Below are positions 7,037 to 15,502 of a stretch of DNA of 32,617 nucleotides, one piece after another (positions within the stretch are counted from its first letter, which is position 1; the number at the start of each line of letters is the position of its first letter). A model generated the notes under the pieces. The model worked only from the letters and a program-made list of their open reading frames with translations. It had not been told where the DNA came from and did no database searches. Made by a program: the position numbers and the translations under genes. This DNA is from Gammaproteobacteria bacterium (lineage in GTDB: Bacteria > Pseudomonadota > Gammaproteobacteria > Arenicellales > JAANXG01), in assembly GCA_018263405.1 (NCBI GenBank), contig JAANXG010000004.1, positions 1 through 32,617 of the forward strand. The letters run 5' to 3'.

Positions 7037-8941
7037 TCAATGGGTCCAGATTCGCGCGGGTACACCTTTTATGAATTTCGCCCATTCCGGGTGGCGGTGC
7101 ACACGGCCGTCTTTTCCGATAATCAACTCGGACGTCAGCCCGTTCAATCGCGTATCGCCGGCCTGGGGTGGACGAGCGGCCAGAAGAGCGAGTTGGTATG
7201 AACCATAACCAAATGCGAACAACTCTGACGAAACATCGGTAAACCCGGCGTTTTTCAGCAATGTTTTCAGTTTGTCGATACGCGCGGTATTTGCGATCGT
7301 CCAGGGCATGTCCGGGAACATGATGCCGTCAAGATCGGTGTCCTTGATGGTGTCCGCTGCTCCCGTGTATACGTGCGAGGTGCTGTAAACCGGCAGGTCA
7401 TGGCCCTGGAAAAAATTAATCTGTGGTTTGAGAAGCCTTGCTTCGTCGGGTCGGGCGGCCATGAACAGTGCGTCAATATCGCGGCGGCGGCGTGCGTCGA
7501 AGTGCAGGTTTAGCCGGCTTTTCGCTTGCAGGAATGCCTTGCGATTCTCGCTTTCGGTGAGGTTGAACAATTTGTTAATGGGCACCGTAAAGTCATCGGA
7601 AGCCGGCGCATAGGGCTGTGATTCGGCCAAGGTCCCACCGAGCGTCTCCCAATGCCCGACAAATGCGTCGTAGATTCGACGACCCCATTCGTCGTTTGGA
7701 TACAAAGTAGCGAGTCGACGATGCCCCGAGGCATACATGAACTCCGCGACTTGTTTCGCTTCCGATTCCGGCGCCAGGTCAAACTGGTAGGACCCGGTTG
7801 CCAGTGAATATTCCGTCGAGGAGCCGCCGAGCAGCACGATCGGCTTTTCTGGTTGCCGCGACTCGAGCAAGGCATTTACCGCCGATCTTCCCAGCGGTCC
7901 CACGATCACATTCGCGCCATCGGATGCCGCGACACCGACATAGTTGCCGGCCAGCGACGGTTCTCCGCCTACGTCATAGAAGACCACATTGGGGCGACGT
8001 GGATCGGTGTCGGTATGGTGGCCCGCATAGAATCCGTTGTAGACCCTCTGCGCGGCGGTGCCGAAATTAGACGAAAGTGGCAGCAGCAGCGCGACCTGGC
8101 GGATCTCCGGCGTACGGAGAGGCGGCAGCAATGCAGTGGTGAAATCGACCGCGGGGTGAAAGCTGTTGGCGTTGATCCACTGGGTTACGGCGGATCGCAA
8201 ACCGTGCCGATCTCCCACAAACTCCAAAAACAAAATTGCGATGTCCAGCCATCCGCGGAGCTCGTCCGCTGCACCGACCTGGCCCGCCAACTGCAGTTCC
8301 AGTCCATTCAAATGGCCGAGCGCAAACCAGATTCGATTATGGTTATCGTCGATCGCCTGCGCATCGGTTAGTAAGTTGCCCCGTCCAATCCAGGCCTTGG
8401 CGGCATCCAGGGGTTGCCCTTGAAGTAGGTCGATGCGCGCCTTAAGATCCATGCCGCGGGAGACGTACGTTGGGTCAATGTTTTGGGCGCGGAGACTGCG
8501 CTCCACGAGCCGCATGGCTCGATCCAGGTTATCTTCCTGAAAGCTTATTTCCGCCCGGAGCAGGCGTTTACGGGCACGATGCACGGGTGCCAGTCCGCGC
8601 ACGTCTATCTTGTTTAGAACGGCTTCGGCATCTTGTAGATCGCCCTTGTCGATCAGCTTATGGACCGCATCAAGATACGCGGTTTGACGGAACGGTGGCG
8701 GGGAGTCGAGGGCTTCGCGCAAATCCGCCCTGATCGATTCTTCCGGGCTCTTGGCTTGCTCGCCCGTATCGAATCCGGAATCCAATTCCAGGTCCTCTAG
8801 CGGAATCACCTGGACATTATCCGATTGTTCGGTCGATTTTTCCGCACCCTGCTCCTCGTCGCCGCGCACGGGTATAGTATCGCAGGCGCTTAGGAGTAAC
8901 ACCGCGAGGGCGACGACAAAAAAGCTGAATGGTGCGGACAA
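7037..8941 (-). CDS. lpoA: Penicillin-binding protein activator, LpoA/LppC lipoprotein
   Basis: Lipobox LSAC, TPR-like N-domain, ALLLPLS, IVGPLGR, RRRDIDALF, LLKPQINF, YSTSH. Divergent from rsmI. Start uncertain (TTG8941; ORF open to 9028). Confidence 0.9.
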   Translation of the reverse strand: MSAPFSFFVVALAVLLLSACDTIPVRGDEEQGAEKSTEQSDNVQVIPLEDLELDSGFDTGEQAKSPEESIRADLREALDSPPPFRQTAYLDAVHKLIDKGDLQDAEAVLNKIDVRGLAPVHRARKRLLRAEISFQEDNLDRAMRLVERSLRAQNIDPTYVSRGMDLKARIDLLQGQPLDAAKAWIGRGNLLTDAQAIDDNHNRIWFALGHLNGLELQLAGQVGAADELRGWLDIAILFLEFVGDRHGLRSAVTQWINANSFHPAVDFTTALLPPLRTPEIRQVALLLPLSSNFGTAAQRVYNGFYAGHHTDTDPRRPNVVFYDVGGEPSLAGNYVGVAASDGANVIVGPLGRSAVNALLESRQPEKPIVLLGGSSTEYSLATGSYQFDLAPESEAKQVAEFMYASGHRRLATLYPNDEWGRRIYDAFVGHWETLGGTLAESQPYAPASDDFTVPINKLFNLTESENRKAFLQAKSRLNLHFDARRRRDIDALFMAARPDEARLLKPQINFFQGHDLPVYSTSHVYTGAADTIKDTDLDGIMFPDMPWTIANTARIDKLKTLLKNAGFTDVSSELFAFGYGSYQLALLAARPPQAGDTRLNGLTSELIIGKDGRVHRHPEWAKFIKGVPARIWTH

Positions 8942-8982
8942 TGCGGTTTGTCGAATGTATAGATTGGGCAGGAGTATAGCGA

Positions 8983-9819
8983 GTGGATGACGTACGAGGC
9001 AAAGCGGGCACGCTCTACGTGGTAGCAACGCCTATCGGCAATCTTGCGGATATGAGCCACCGGGCGACATCTACACTGCAGTGCGTGGACCTCATTGCCG
9101 CAGAAGACACCCGCCAAACCGGTAGGCTGTGCTCGCATTTTTCGATCGACACGCCGATGGCGGCATACCACGAGCACAACGAAGTTCAACAAACGCCGGT
9201 GTTGTTGGATCGATTGCTGAAAGGCGATGATGTGGCGTTGGTCAGCGATGCGGGCAGCCCGTTGATTAGCGATCCCGGTTATCGTCTGGTGGCGGCAGCG
9301 CGCGATGCATTACTCACCGTCGTGCCGATTCCCGGCCCTTGTGCCGCTATTGCGGCGATTTCAGTCGCGGGCTTGGCCTGCCACCATTTTCACTTTGAAG
9401 GTTTTCTGCCCGGCAAATCCGGGACGCGGCGTAACCGTTTGCAAAAGTTGCGGGCGATGCCCGATACCTTGATTTTTTATGAGTCCATACATCGCCACGA
9501 AGACATGCTTCAGGATCTGTGTGAAGTTCTCGGCGGCGAGCGCCGGGCGGTATTGGCCCGGGAATTGACGAAGTTGCATGAAACGATTTATCGAAATACT
9601 TTGCAAGAAATTCGGGAATGGGTTGCGGCGAATCCCCATCGGCAAAAGGGCGAGTTTGTCATTCTCGTGGAAGGCGCCGCCGAAGGGGAGGCGGATGCCC
9701 GGGCGGAACATGTGCTTGAATTGTTGAGCGAGCAATTGTCACCGGGCCAGGCGGCGGAACTGGCGGCCAAAATTACCGGTGTGCCCCGCAATCGGCTGTA
9801 TAAGAGTAAATTACGGTGA
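8983..9819 (+). CDS. rsmI: 16S rRNA (cytidine1402-2'-O)-methyltransferase
   Basis: LYVVATPIGNL, AAEDTR, LVSDAGSPLISDPG, ARELTKLHE, KGEFV. AGGAG RBS. Stop codon lies inside a palindromic element. Confidence 0.96.
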   Translation: MDDVRGKAGTLYVVATPIGNLADMSHRATSTLQCVDLIAAEDTRQTGRLCSHFSIDTPMAAYHEHNEVQQTPVLLDRLLKGDDVALVSDAGSPLISDPGYRLVAAARDALLTVVPIPGPCAAIAAISVAGLACHHFHFEGFLPGKSGTRRNRLQKLRAMPDTLIFYESIHRHEDMLQDLCEVLGGERRAVLARELTKLHETIYRNTLQEIREWVAANPHRQKGEFVILVEGAAEGEADARAEHVLELLSEQLSPGQAAELAAKITGVPRNRLYKSKLR

Positions 9820-9885
9820 CAGTTAACTTAATTCGCTCCCAGCAAATATTCGATCGGTCGAATTAAGTTAACTGTCACCGTAATT
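9809..9885. mobile_element. 77-bp palindromic element (family B), copy 1
   Basis: 27-bp perfect inverted arms aattacggtgacagttaacttaattcg plus a 23-nt spacer. 75/77 identical to the reverse complement of 10131-10207. Confidence 0.92.
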
Positions 9886-9902
9886 CCTAATTCAGATATA
9901 TC

Positions 9903-9931
9903 TTGTCCTGCACTGCGCGCGGGCGTATGTT
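9903..9931 (+). promoter_or_regulatory. Putative sigma70 promoter of rnpB
   Basis: TTGTCC-17 nt-TATGTT, with a GC-rich discriminator, 7 nt before the rnpB 5' end. Confidence 0.55.
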
Positions 9932-9938
9932 CCGCACT

Positions 9939-10420
9939 GGGAAGTCAGCCGAACGGTCGCTCGTCATTGTTTGCGATTTGCGGTGTGCGGATCCCCGTCG
10001 CTCGTGCATCTCGAGTGCCGGGTAAGGTGACGGGAGGAAAGTCCGGGCTCCACAGGGCCGGGTGCCAGGTAACTCCTGGGCGGCGTGAGCCGACGGAAAG
10101 TGCCGCAGAAAAGATACCGCCCCGGCACTTAATTATGGTGACAGTTAACTTAATTCGACCGATCGAATATTTGCTGGGAGCGAATTAAGTTAACTGTCAC
10201 CATAATTAAGTGCCGGGGTAAGGGTGAAAAGGTGCGGTAAGAGCGCACCGCGCTTCTGGTAACAGAAGTGGCAGGGTAAACCCCACCCGGAGCAAGGCCG
10301 AATAGGAGTCCAAAGGCGTGGCCCACGCCGGACTCGGGTAGGTCGCTTGAGGCGGGCGGTGACGTTCGTCCCAGATGAATGACCGTTCTCGACAGAACCC
10401 GGCTTACAGGCTGACTTCCC
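9939..10420 (+). ncRNA. rnpB: RNase P RNA, type A, enlarged to about 482 nt
   Basis: P1 gggaagtcagcc/ggctgacttccc; GAGGAAAGTCCGGGCTC; GGTAAGGGTGAAA; GGTAAGAGCGCACC; GGAGCAAG; AGATGAATGAC; ACAGAACCCGGCTTA. Located between rsmI and mraZ. Confidence 0.98.
10131..10207. mobile_element. 77-bp palindromic element (family B), copy 2, inside rnpB P12
   Basis: Arms aattatggtgacagttaacttaattcg / cgaattaagttaactgtcaccataatt, between the P12 strands ccccggcactt and aagtgccgggg. Confidence 0.92.
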
Positions 10421-10563
10421 GTTTTCCGCTCTCGACGATCCCCCAATTACCTTTTAAATCAGCAGGTTTCGATGATCTTATAAAGCAATACTCTAATAAT
10501 CAGAAACCGTTATAAGTTTCTGTACGGAAAGGACTTTTTGGCCGATCAGTGGGCCAAAATCGC

Positions 10564-10591
10564 TTGACTTGCTCGCAATGCCCTCTATAGT
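10564..10591 (+). promoter_or_regulatory. sigma70 promoter of the mraZ/dcw operon
   Basis: TTGACT-16 nt-TATAGT directly upstream of the MraZ boxes. Confidence 0.8.
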
Positions 10592-10599
10592 GTCACGGA

Positions 10600-10624
10600 G
10601 TGGGGAAAAGTGGGTAATTGTGGG
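10600..10624 (+). promoter_or_regulatory. MraZ operator (three GTGGG boxes at 10-bp spacing)
   Basis: GTGGG at 10600, 10610 and 10620, matching the known MraZ direct-repeat site. Confidence 0.88.
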
Positions 10625-10646
10625 TTGATGCAACAGAGACCGAACC

Positions 10647-11102
10647 TTGTTTAGGGGAGTCACATCGTTGAATCTGGACGCTAAGGGGCGACTTGCTATA
10701 CCGGCTCGTCACCGCGAGGCGCTCGTGCAACAGTGCGACAGTCAACTCGTGATTACCATCAGCGACAGAGATCACTGCCTGTGGCTGTACCCACTGGACG
10801 AATGGGAGGACATCGAACATAAGCTGGTGAAATTGCCGAGCCTAGAGCCGGTGGCCCAACGACTCAAACGACTGCTTATCGGTCATGCGACCGACTGCGA
10901 AGTGGATGGTAATGGTCGGGTGCTGGTGCCGCCGCCGCTACGGGAACATGGCGGTTTGACCAAACGCGTGAAGCTGGTTGGGCAGGGTAACAAGTTCGAG
11001 ATTTGGGACGAGAATCTCTGGAGTGTCCAAATCGAGACCGCGCTGTCGCAAAATCCCGATGAGTCTCCCGTGCCTGCTGATTTGGAATCGTTAGCCCTTT
11101 GA
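10647..11102 (+). CDS. mraZ: Division/cell wall cluster transcriptional repressor
   Basis: MFRG, LDAKGRLAIP, DGNGRVLVP, GQGNKFEIW; TTG start. Confidence 0.97.
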   Translation: MFRGVTSLNLDAKGRLAIPARHREALVQQCDSQLVITISDRDHCLWLYPLDEWEDIEHKLVKLPSLEPVAQRLKRLLIGHATDCEVDGNGRVLVPPPLREHGGLTKRVKLVGQGNKFEIWDENLWSVQIETALSQNPDESPVPADLESLAL

Positions 11103-11111
11103 AAGGCGCGT

Positions 11112-12056
11112 ATGACGATGTCCGCTCACACGCCGGTGCTCTTGAAAGAGGCCATAACGGCGTTGAATATCAAGCCCGGTGGTACATACCTCGACGTGAC
11201 GTACGGTCGTGGTGGGCACAGCTATGCCATCGCCGAGCACCTCTGTCCGGATGGAATGTTGATTGCCATGGACCGGGATCCACACGCCGTTCGGCACGCT
11301 CGGGAATACCCGCCCAGTGGTCCGCGATTCGAGATTATTCAGGCGCCGTTCTCGGAATTGTACCGGGTCCAACAGAGTCTGCCGCCGGGGTGCCTTGCTG
11401 ACGGCATCCTCGCCGATCTCGGCGTTTCGTCGCCACAACTCGAAGACGCCGAGCGAGGCTTTGCGTTCGATCGGGAGGGTCCCCTCGATATGCGCATGGA
11501 TCCGACACGCGGACCGAGTGCTCGCGAGTGGATTGCCGATGCGGAGCAAGCCGAGTTGAAGTGGGCGATCAAAATCTACGGTGAAGAAAAGTACGCCGCC
11601 CGCATTGCGCGTGCCATCGTAGAGAAACGTGAAACTTCGCCGATCGTCAATACACGAGACCTTGCTGAACTTGTCGCCGGCAACGTGCCGGAGCGCGAAT
11701 CGGGCAGGAACCCGGCCACGCGCACGTTCCAAGCGATTCGCATGCACGTAAACGGTGAGTTGGGACAGCTCCGGGCCTTGCTACCACAGGCGGTGCAATG
11801 CCTAAAAGGCGCCGGCCGTCTTGTGATTATCGGTTTCCATTCCCTTGAGGACCGGATCGTCAAACGGTTTATGCGCGACGAGGCACGCGGTGATCCTTTT
11901 CCCTCGGACCTACCGGTAACCGCCGGTGAACTCAAGCCGAGGCTCAGGATAATCGGAAAGCCCATCCGGCCGTCGGAACAGGAACTGCAATCGAACCGCC
12001 GCGCGCGCAGCGCCATCATGCGGGTCGCGGAGCGGACGGAGGCGGCTTATGCGTAA
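11112..12056 (+). CDS. rsmH: 16S rRNA (cytosine1402-N4)-methyltransferase
   Basis: HTPVLL, D-TYGRGGHS, DLGVSSPQL, GPLDMRMD, TRTFQAIR, FHSLEDR, N-RARSA. Confidence 0.97.
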   Translation: MTMSAHTPVLLKEAITALNIKPGGTYLDVTYGRGGHSYAIAEHLCPDGMLIAMDRDPHAVRHAREYPPSGPRFEIIQAPFSELYRVQQSLPPGCLADGILADLGVSSPQLEDAERGFAFDREGPLDMRMDPTRGPSAREWIADAEQAELKWAIKIYGEEKYAARIARAIVEKRETSPIVNTRDLAELVAGNVPERESGRNPATRTFQAIRMHVNGELGQLRALLPQAVQCLKGAGRLVIIGFHSLEDRIVKRFMRDEARGDPFPSDLPVTAGELKPRLRIIGKPIRPSEQELQSNRRARSAIMRVAERTEAAYA

Positions 12057-12312
12057 CGCCATGGTGGTACTGGCTGTTTTGGTCGTTCTAAGCAGTTTTA
12101 CCGCCATATTCGTGCGCCATCAGCATCGCTTGACATTCAATGCGCTTCAGTTCCAGCAACAACAGCGGGACAGTCTCAACACCGAATGGCACCAGCTTTT
12201 GTTGGAGCAAAGCACTTGGTCCTTCCGGCATTTTGTCGAAAAGAAGGCGCGCGACCGGCTCGATATGGTGTTTCCCAAGTCCATCCACCGGTTGGTGGTT
12301 GAAGGGCGATGA
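12049..12312 (+). CDS. ftsL: Cell division protein FtsL
   Basis: TM helix plus coiled coil (EWHQLLLEQSTW, A---L-M--P); between rsmH and ftsI. Confidence 0.92.
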   Translation: MRNAMVVLAVLVVLSSFTAIFVRHQHRLTFNALQFQQQQRDSLNTEWHQLLLEQSTWSFRHFVEKKARDRLDMVFPKSIHRLVVEGR

Positions 12313-14051
12313 ACGATAAGACCAACAAGTTGGTGCACGGTTTCCGCCATTACCTGGTGCTGTCGTTACTGGTAGCCGGACTGGGGTTGCTCGTGGCTCG
12401 TGCCGCCCAGTTGCAGTTGTTCCAGCACGAGTTCCTTCAGTCCAAGGGAAATATCAACTACTTGACGGTGCACGTGTCCCACGCGAACCGAGGCATGATT
12501 CTGGACCGCCATGGAGAGCCACTGGCTGTCAGCAGTCCCGTCGATTCAGTCGTGGCGGATCCCAAATCGGTACTTCGGGAAGGCGCTTTCGAAAACGACA
12601 TTGCATGGAACACCTTGGCGGAATTAATCGACGAACCCGTGGCGAAGATCAAGCAAAAAATTACCCGAAACCCCGAATCGGAGTTCGCTTACCTGAAACG
12701 GCACCTCGATGATCCGGAGCGTGCCCGAGAAGTTGAAGACCTGGGTATACCCGGCATCCAATTAAGACGCGAATACAAGCGCTATTATCCGGGTGGGCCG
12801 GTGTTCGGCCATGTCGTTGGATTTACGGACACGGATCAAATCGGCTTGAGCGGGGTTGAAAAAACATTCAATGAACAATTAGCCGGGACATCGGGTCGGA
12901 CACGCGTGCTCAGGGACGGCCAGGGACGCGTCATCGAATACGTCGAGCAGTTGTCCCCCACGGTCGACGGCGAGGACGTGCGCCTGAGCATCGATGCCCG
13001 CGTGCAATATCTCGCCTTTCGGTATCTCAAAGCGGCGTTCGAAAAACACCGCGCGGATTCGGGGAGTGCCGTGATCCTCGATGCGCGTACCGGTGAAATT
13101 CTGGCGATGGTGAACGAACCGACGATCAATCCCAATACCCGCAATCGCGCGGAACTGGCGTCCGTCAACGCCCGCAACCGGGTGGTGCAGTCGATATTCG
13201 AACCGGGATCCGCCATTAAACCGTTTACCATTGCCGCCGCACTGAATAGTGGAAAGTTCCTACCGGATTCAAGGATCGATACGACGCCGGGTTCGTTCAC
13301 GGTAGGCGGATATCCGATACGCGACTACCGAAACCTCGGTTTGCTGACAGTAGCCCGCGTTCTCATAAAATCCAGCAATGTGGGTGCGGCGAAAGTGGCG
13401 CTCTGACTTGTGCTCTTCCGATCTCCCGGTCAATTCCGCGATCTTGGTTTTGGGCGGCCAACCGGCATTCCTCTGCCCGGTGAAGAATCCGGTCAAGCAC
13501 CGCCCACCGGGCCGCTCCGCCCGCGCGCTCAGGCTTCATTGGCTTACGGCTATGGGCTGTCAACGAATGCCTTGCAGCTTGCTCGGGCCTACACCGTGTT
13601 GGCCGGCGACGGACGGATGCTGGAAGTCCGCTTGACTCCGGGCCCGGCGAGCTACAGCGGCCGGGTCTATGGCTCCGAGGTGGTGCGGCTATTGCAGGGC
13701 ATGCTGGAAAAAGTAACATCCGCGGCCGGTACCGGGGTGAATGCGCAATTGCTGGACTATACCGAAGCCGGTAAGACCGGCACGGTCGTTAAATGGCTGG
13801 AGTCGGAAGGCCGATACGCCGAGGACCAGTACTTGTCCGTGTTTGCCGGTTACGCACCGGCTCGGGACCCGCGGCTGGTCATGGTTGTGGTGGTGGATAA
13901 CCCCAAGGGCGAGGCCTATTACGGCGGCCTCGTGTCGGCGCCGGTGTTCTCCAAGGTGATGAACGGCGCGCTGCATCTCCTTAACGTGCCATTCCGACCC
14001 GGCGAGGACGCGCTGCGTCAGGCGATGTTTAAAGGAGGTTCGGATACATGA
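12309..14051 (+). CDS. ftsI: Peptidoglycan D,D-transpeptidase FtsI (PBP3); single gene with an artifactual in-frame TGA at 13404
   Basis: RGMILDRHG, RYYP, GLSGVE, EPGSAIK, SSNVG, AGKTGT. The two ORF halves are in the same frame; the stop lies in adapter-like sequence. Confidence 0.92.
13401..13424 (+). other. Illumina TruSeq adapter-derived sequence
   Basis: tgtgctcttccgatct (13409-13424) is an exact 16-nt match; 21/24 to TTCAGACGTGTGCTCTTCCGATCT. Confidence 0.9.
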
Positions 14052-15502
14052 GCCCCGGAATTGCCGTTACTGATCTGCTGGCCGGGATGGCTGAACCGTC
14101 CGTCATCCTCGAAGGAACCGTAACGGGTCTGGCGATTGACAGCCGCTGCGTCGAGGGCGGTGAACTGTTTCTCGCGTACCCGGGCGTGCGTCTGGATGGC
14201 CGTTCGTTCATCGACGAGGCACTGAATCGGGGCGCGGCCGCGGTGGCGTTCGAGCCGGAACGGTTCGAATTCGCGAATCGCCGGGTGTCCGGTATTCCCG
14301 TTGCCGGCCTATCGGCTCGGGTCAGTGAAATCGCCGCGCGCTTTTATGCCAGGCCGAGCGGAGAGCTTTGTGTTATCGGGGTAACCGGTACCAATGGCAA
14401 AACGAGCTGCGTGCATTTCCTCTCCCAGAGCCTGGAACGGCTGGGGGAAAAGGTCCGCATGATCGGCACGCTCGGCAGCGGGGTTGTCTGGCGCCCGCGA
14501 ACCAACGGATTAACCACCCCCAGCCCATTGGATTTGCAAAAGCAGTTGAGACAATTTGTGAATGATGGGGCGGCGTATGTCGTGATGGAAGTATCTTCCC
14601 ATGCCCTGAAGCAAGGGCGGATTTCGGCGGTGGATTTCGATGTCGCCCTCTTTACGAATCTTACCCGGGACCACTTGGACTATCACGCCGATATCGACGA
14701 TTATGCGGGCGCGAAAAAATCCCTCTTCGAGCGAGCGTCGTTGCGTTTGGCCGTGGTAAACGTCGACGACCCGGTGGGCCGGCAAATTCGCGAGGAATCG
14801 ACGGCACCGGTAGCGAGTTTTGGGGAACAGGGCGTATTCGGGCCCGGCGCGGTCCGCATCGAGGAGACGGGACTGACGATACGGGTTACCAATCCATATC
14901 GAGCGATTAAGGTGTCCGTGGCCTTGCTCGGTCGTGTGAATGTCGCCAATGTACTGGCTGTTGCCGCTACCTTGCTGGCAATGGGTTTTGATCCGGCGGA
15001 CGTGGAAAAGGCGCTCAATCAGCTGTCGCCGGTACCGGGCCGCATGGAGTTATTCCGGTCTCCTCGCGGGGGGCCGACCGCCGTGGTGGATTACGCCCAC
15101 ACCCCGGATGCGCTGGAACAGGCCTTGCGGTCCGTGCGCGAACACTGTCGCGGCGAGCTGTGGTGCGTGTTCGGGTGCGGCGGAGACCGTGATCGCGGCA
15201 AGCGACCCAAAATGGGGAGAATTGCCGAACAATACGCCGAGCGCGTAGTGCTTACCAACGACAATCCCCGCGGTGAACCACCGGACCGGATTGTAGCGGA
15301 AATTCGTGACGGCATGCACCGCGGTCCGGACGTTGTTCTGGACCGCGGAACGGCGATTGCCGGGGCGCTTGAGGCCGCGTGCCCGGACGATTGGGTATTA
15401 ATCGCCGGAAAGGGCCATGAGACCAGTCAGGTCATCGATGAGAAGGTCATGCCTTTCGACGATCGCGAGGTCGTGTCGGGGTGCCTGGGAAAGGCCGCAT
15501 GA
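14048..15502 (+). CDS. murE: UDP-MurNAc-dipeptide--meso-DAP ligase
   Basis: GVTGTNGKTS, MEVSSH, NLTRDHLDYH, DYAHTPD, CGGDRDRGKR, DNPR, GKGHE. Confidence 0.97.
   Translation: MSPGIAVTDLLAGMAEPSVILEGTVTGLAIDSRCVEGGELFLAYPGVRLDGRSFIDEALNRGAAAVAFEPERFEFANRRVSGIPVAGLSARVSEIAARFYARPSGELCVIGVTGTNGKTSCVHFLSQSLERLGEKVRMIGTLGSGVVWRPRTNGLTTPSPLDLQKQLRQFVNDGAAYVVMEVSSHALKQGRISAVDFDVALFTNLTRDHLDYHADIDDYAGAKKSLFERASLRLAVVNVDDPVGRQIREESTAPVASFGEQGVFGPGAVRIEETGLTIRVTNPYRAIKVSVALLGRVNVANVLAVAATLLAMGFDPADVEKALNQLSPVPGRMELFRSPRGGPTAVVDYAHTPDALEQALRSVREHCRGELWCVFGCGGDRDRGKRPKMGRIAEQYAERVVLTNDNPRGEPPDRIVAEIRDGMHRGPDVVLDRGTAIAGALEAACPDDWVLIAGKGHETSQVIDEKVMPFDDREVVSGCLGKAA

Noticed and set aside
9967-10446. ORFs 9967..10188 (+) and 10150..10446 (-)
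   Set aside because: They overlap rnpB; their shared peptide RHLIMVTVNLIR simply reflects the palindrome.
10536-10559. ttttggcc-N8-ggccaaaa as the rnpB terminator
   Set aside because: No U-tract follows the stem on either strand; at most a possible operator, unsupported.
13404-13406. Programmed readthrough, selenocysteine or naturally split FtsI at the in-frame TGA
   Set aside because: The stop sits in adapter-matching sequence, which is a simpler explanation.
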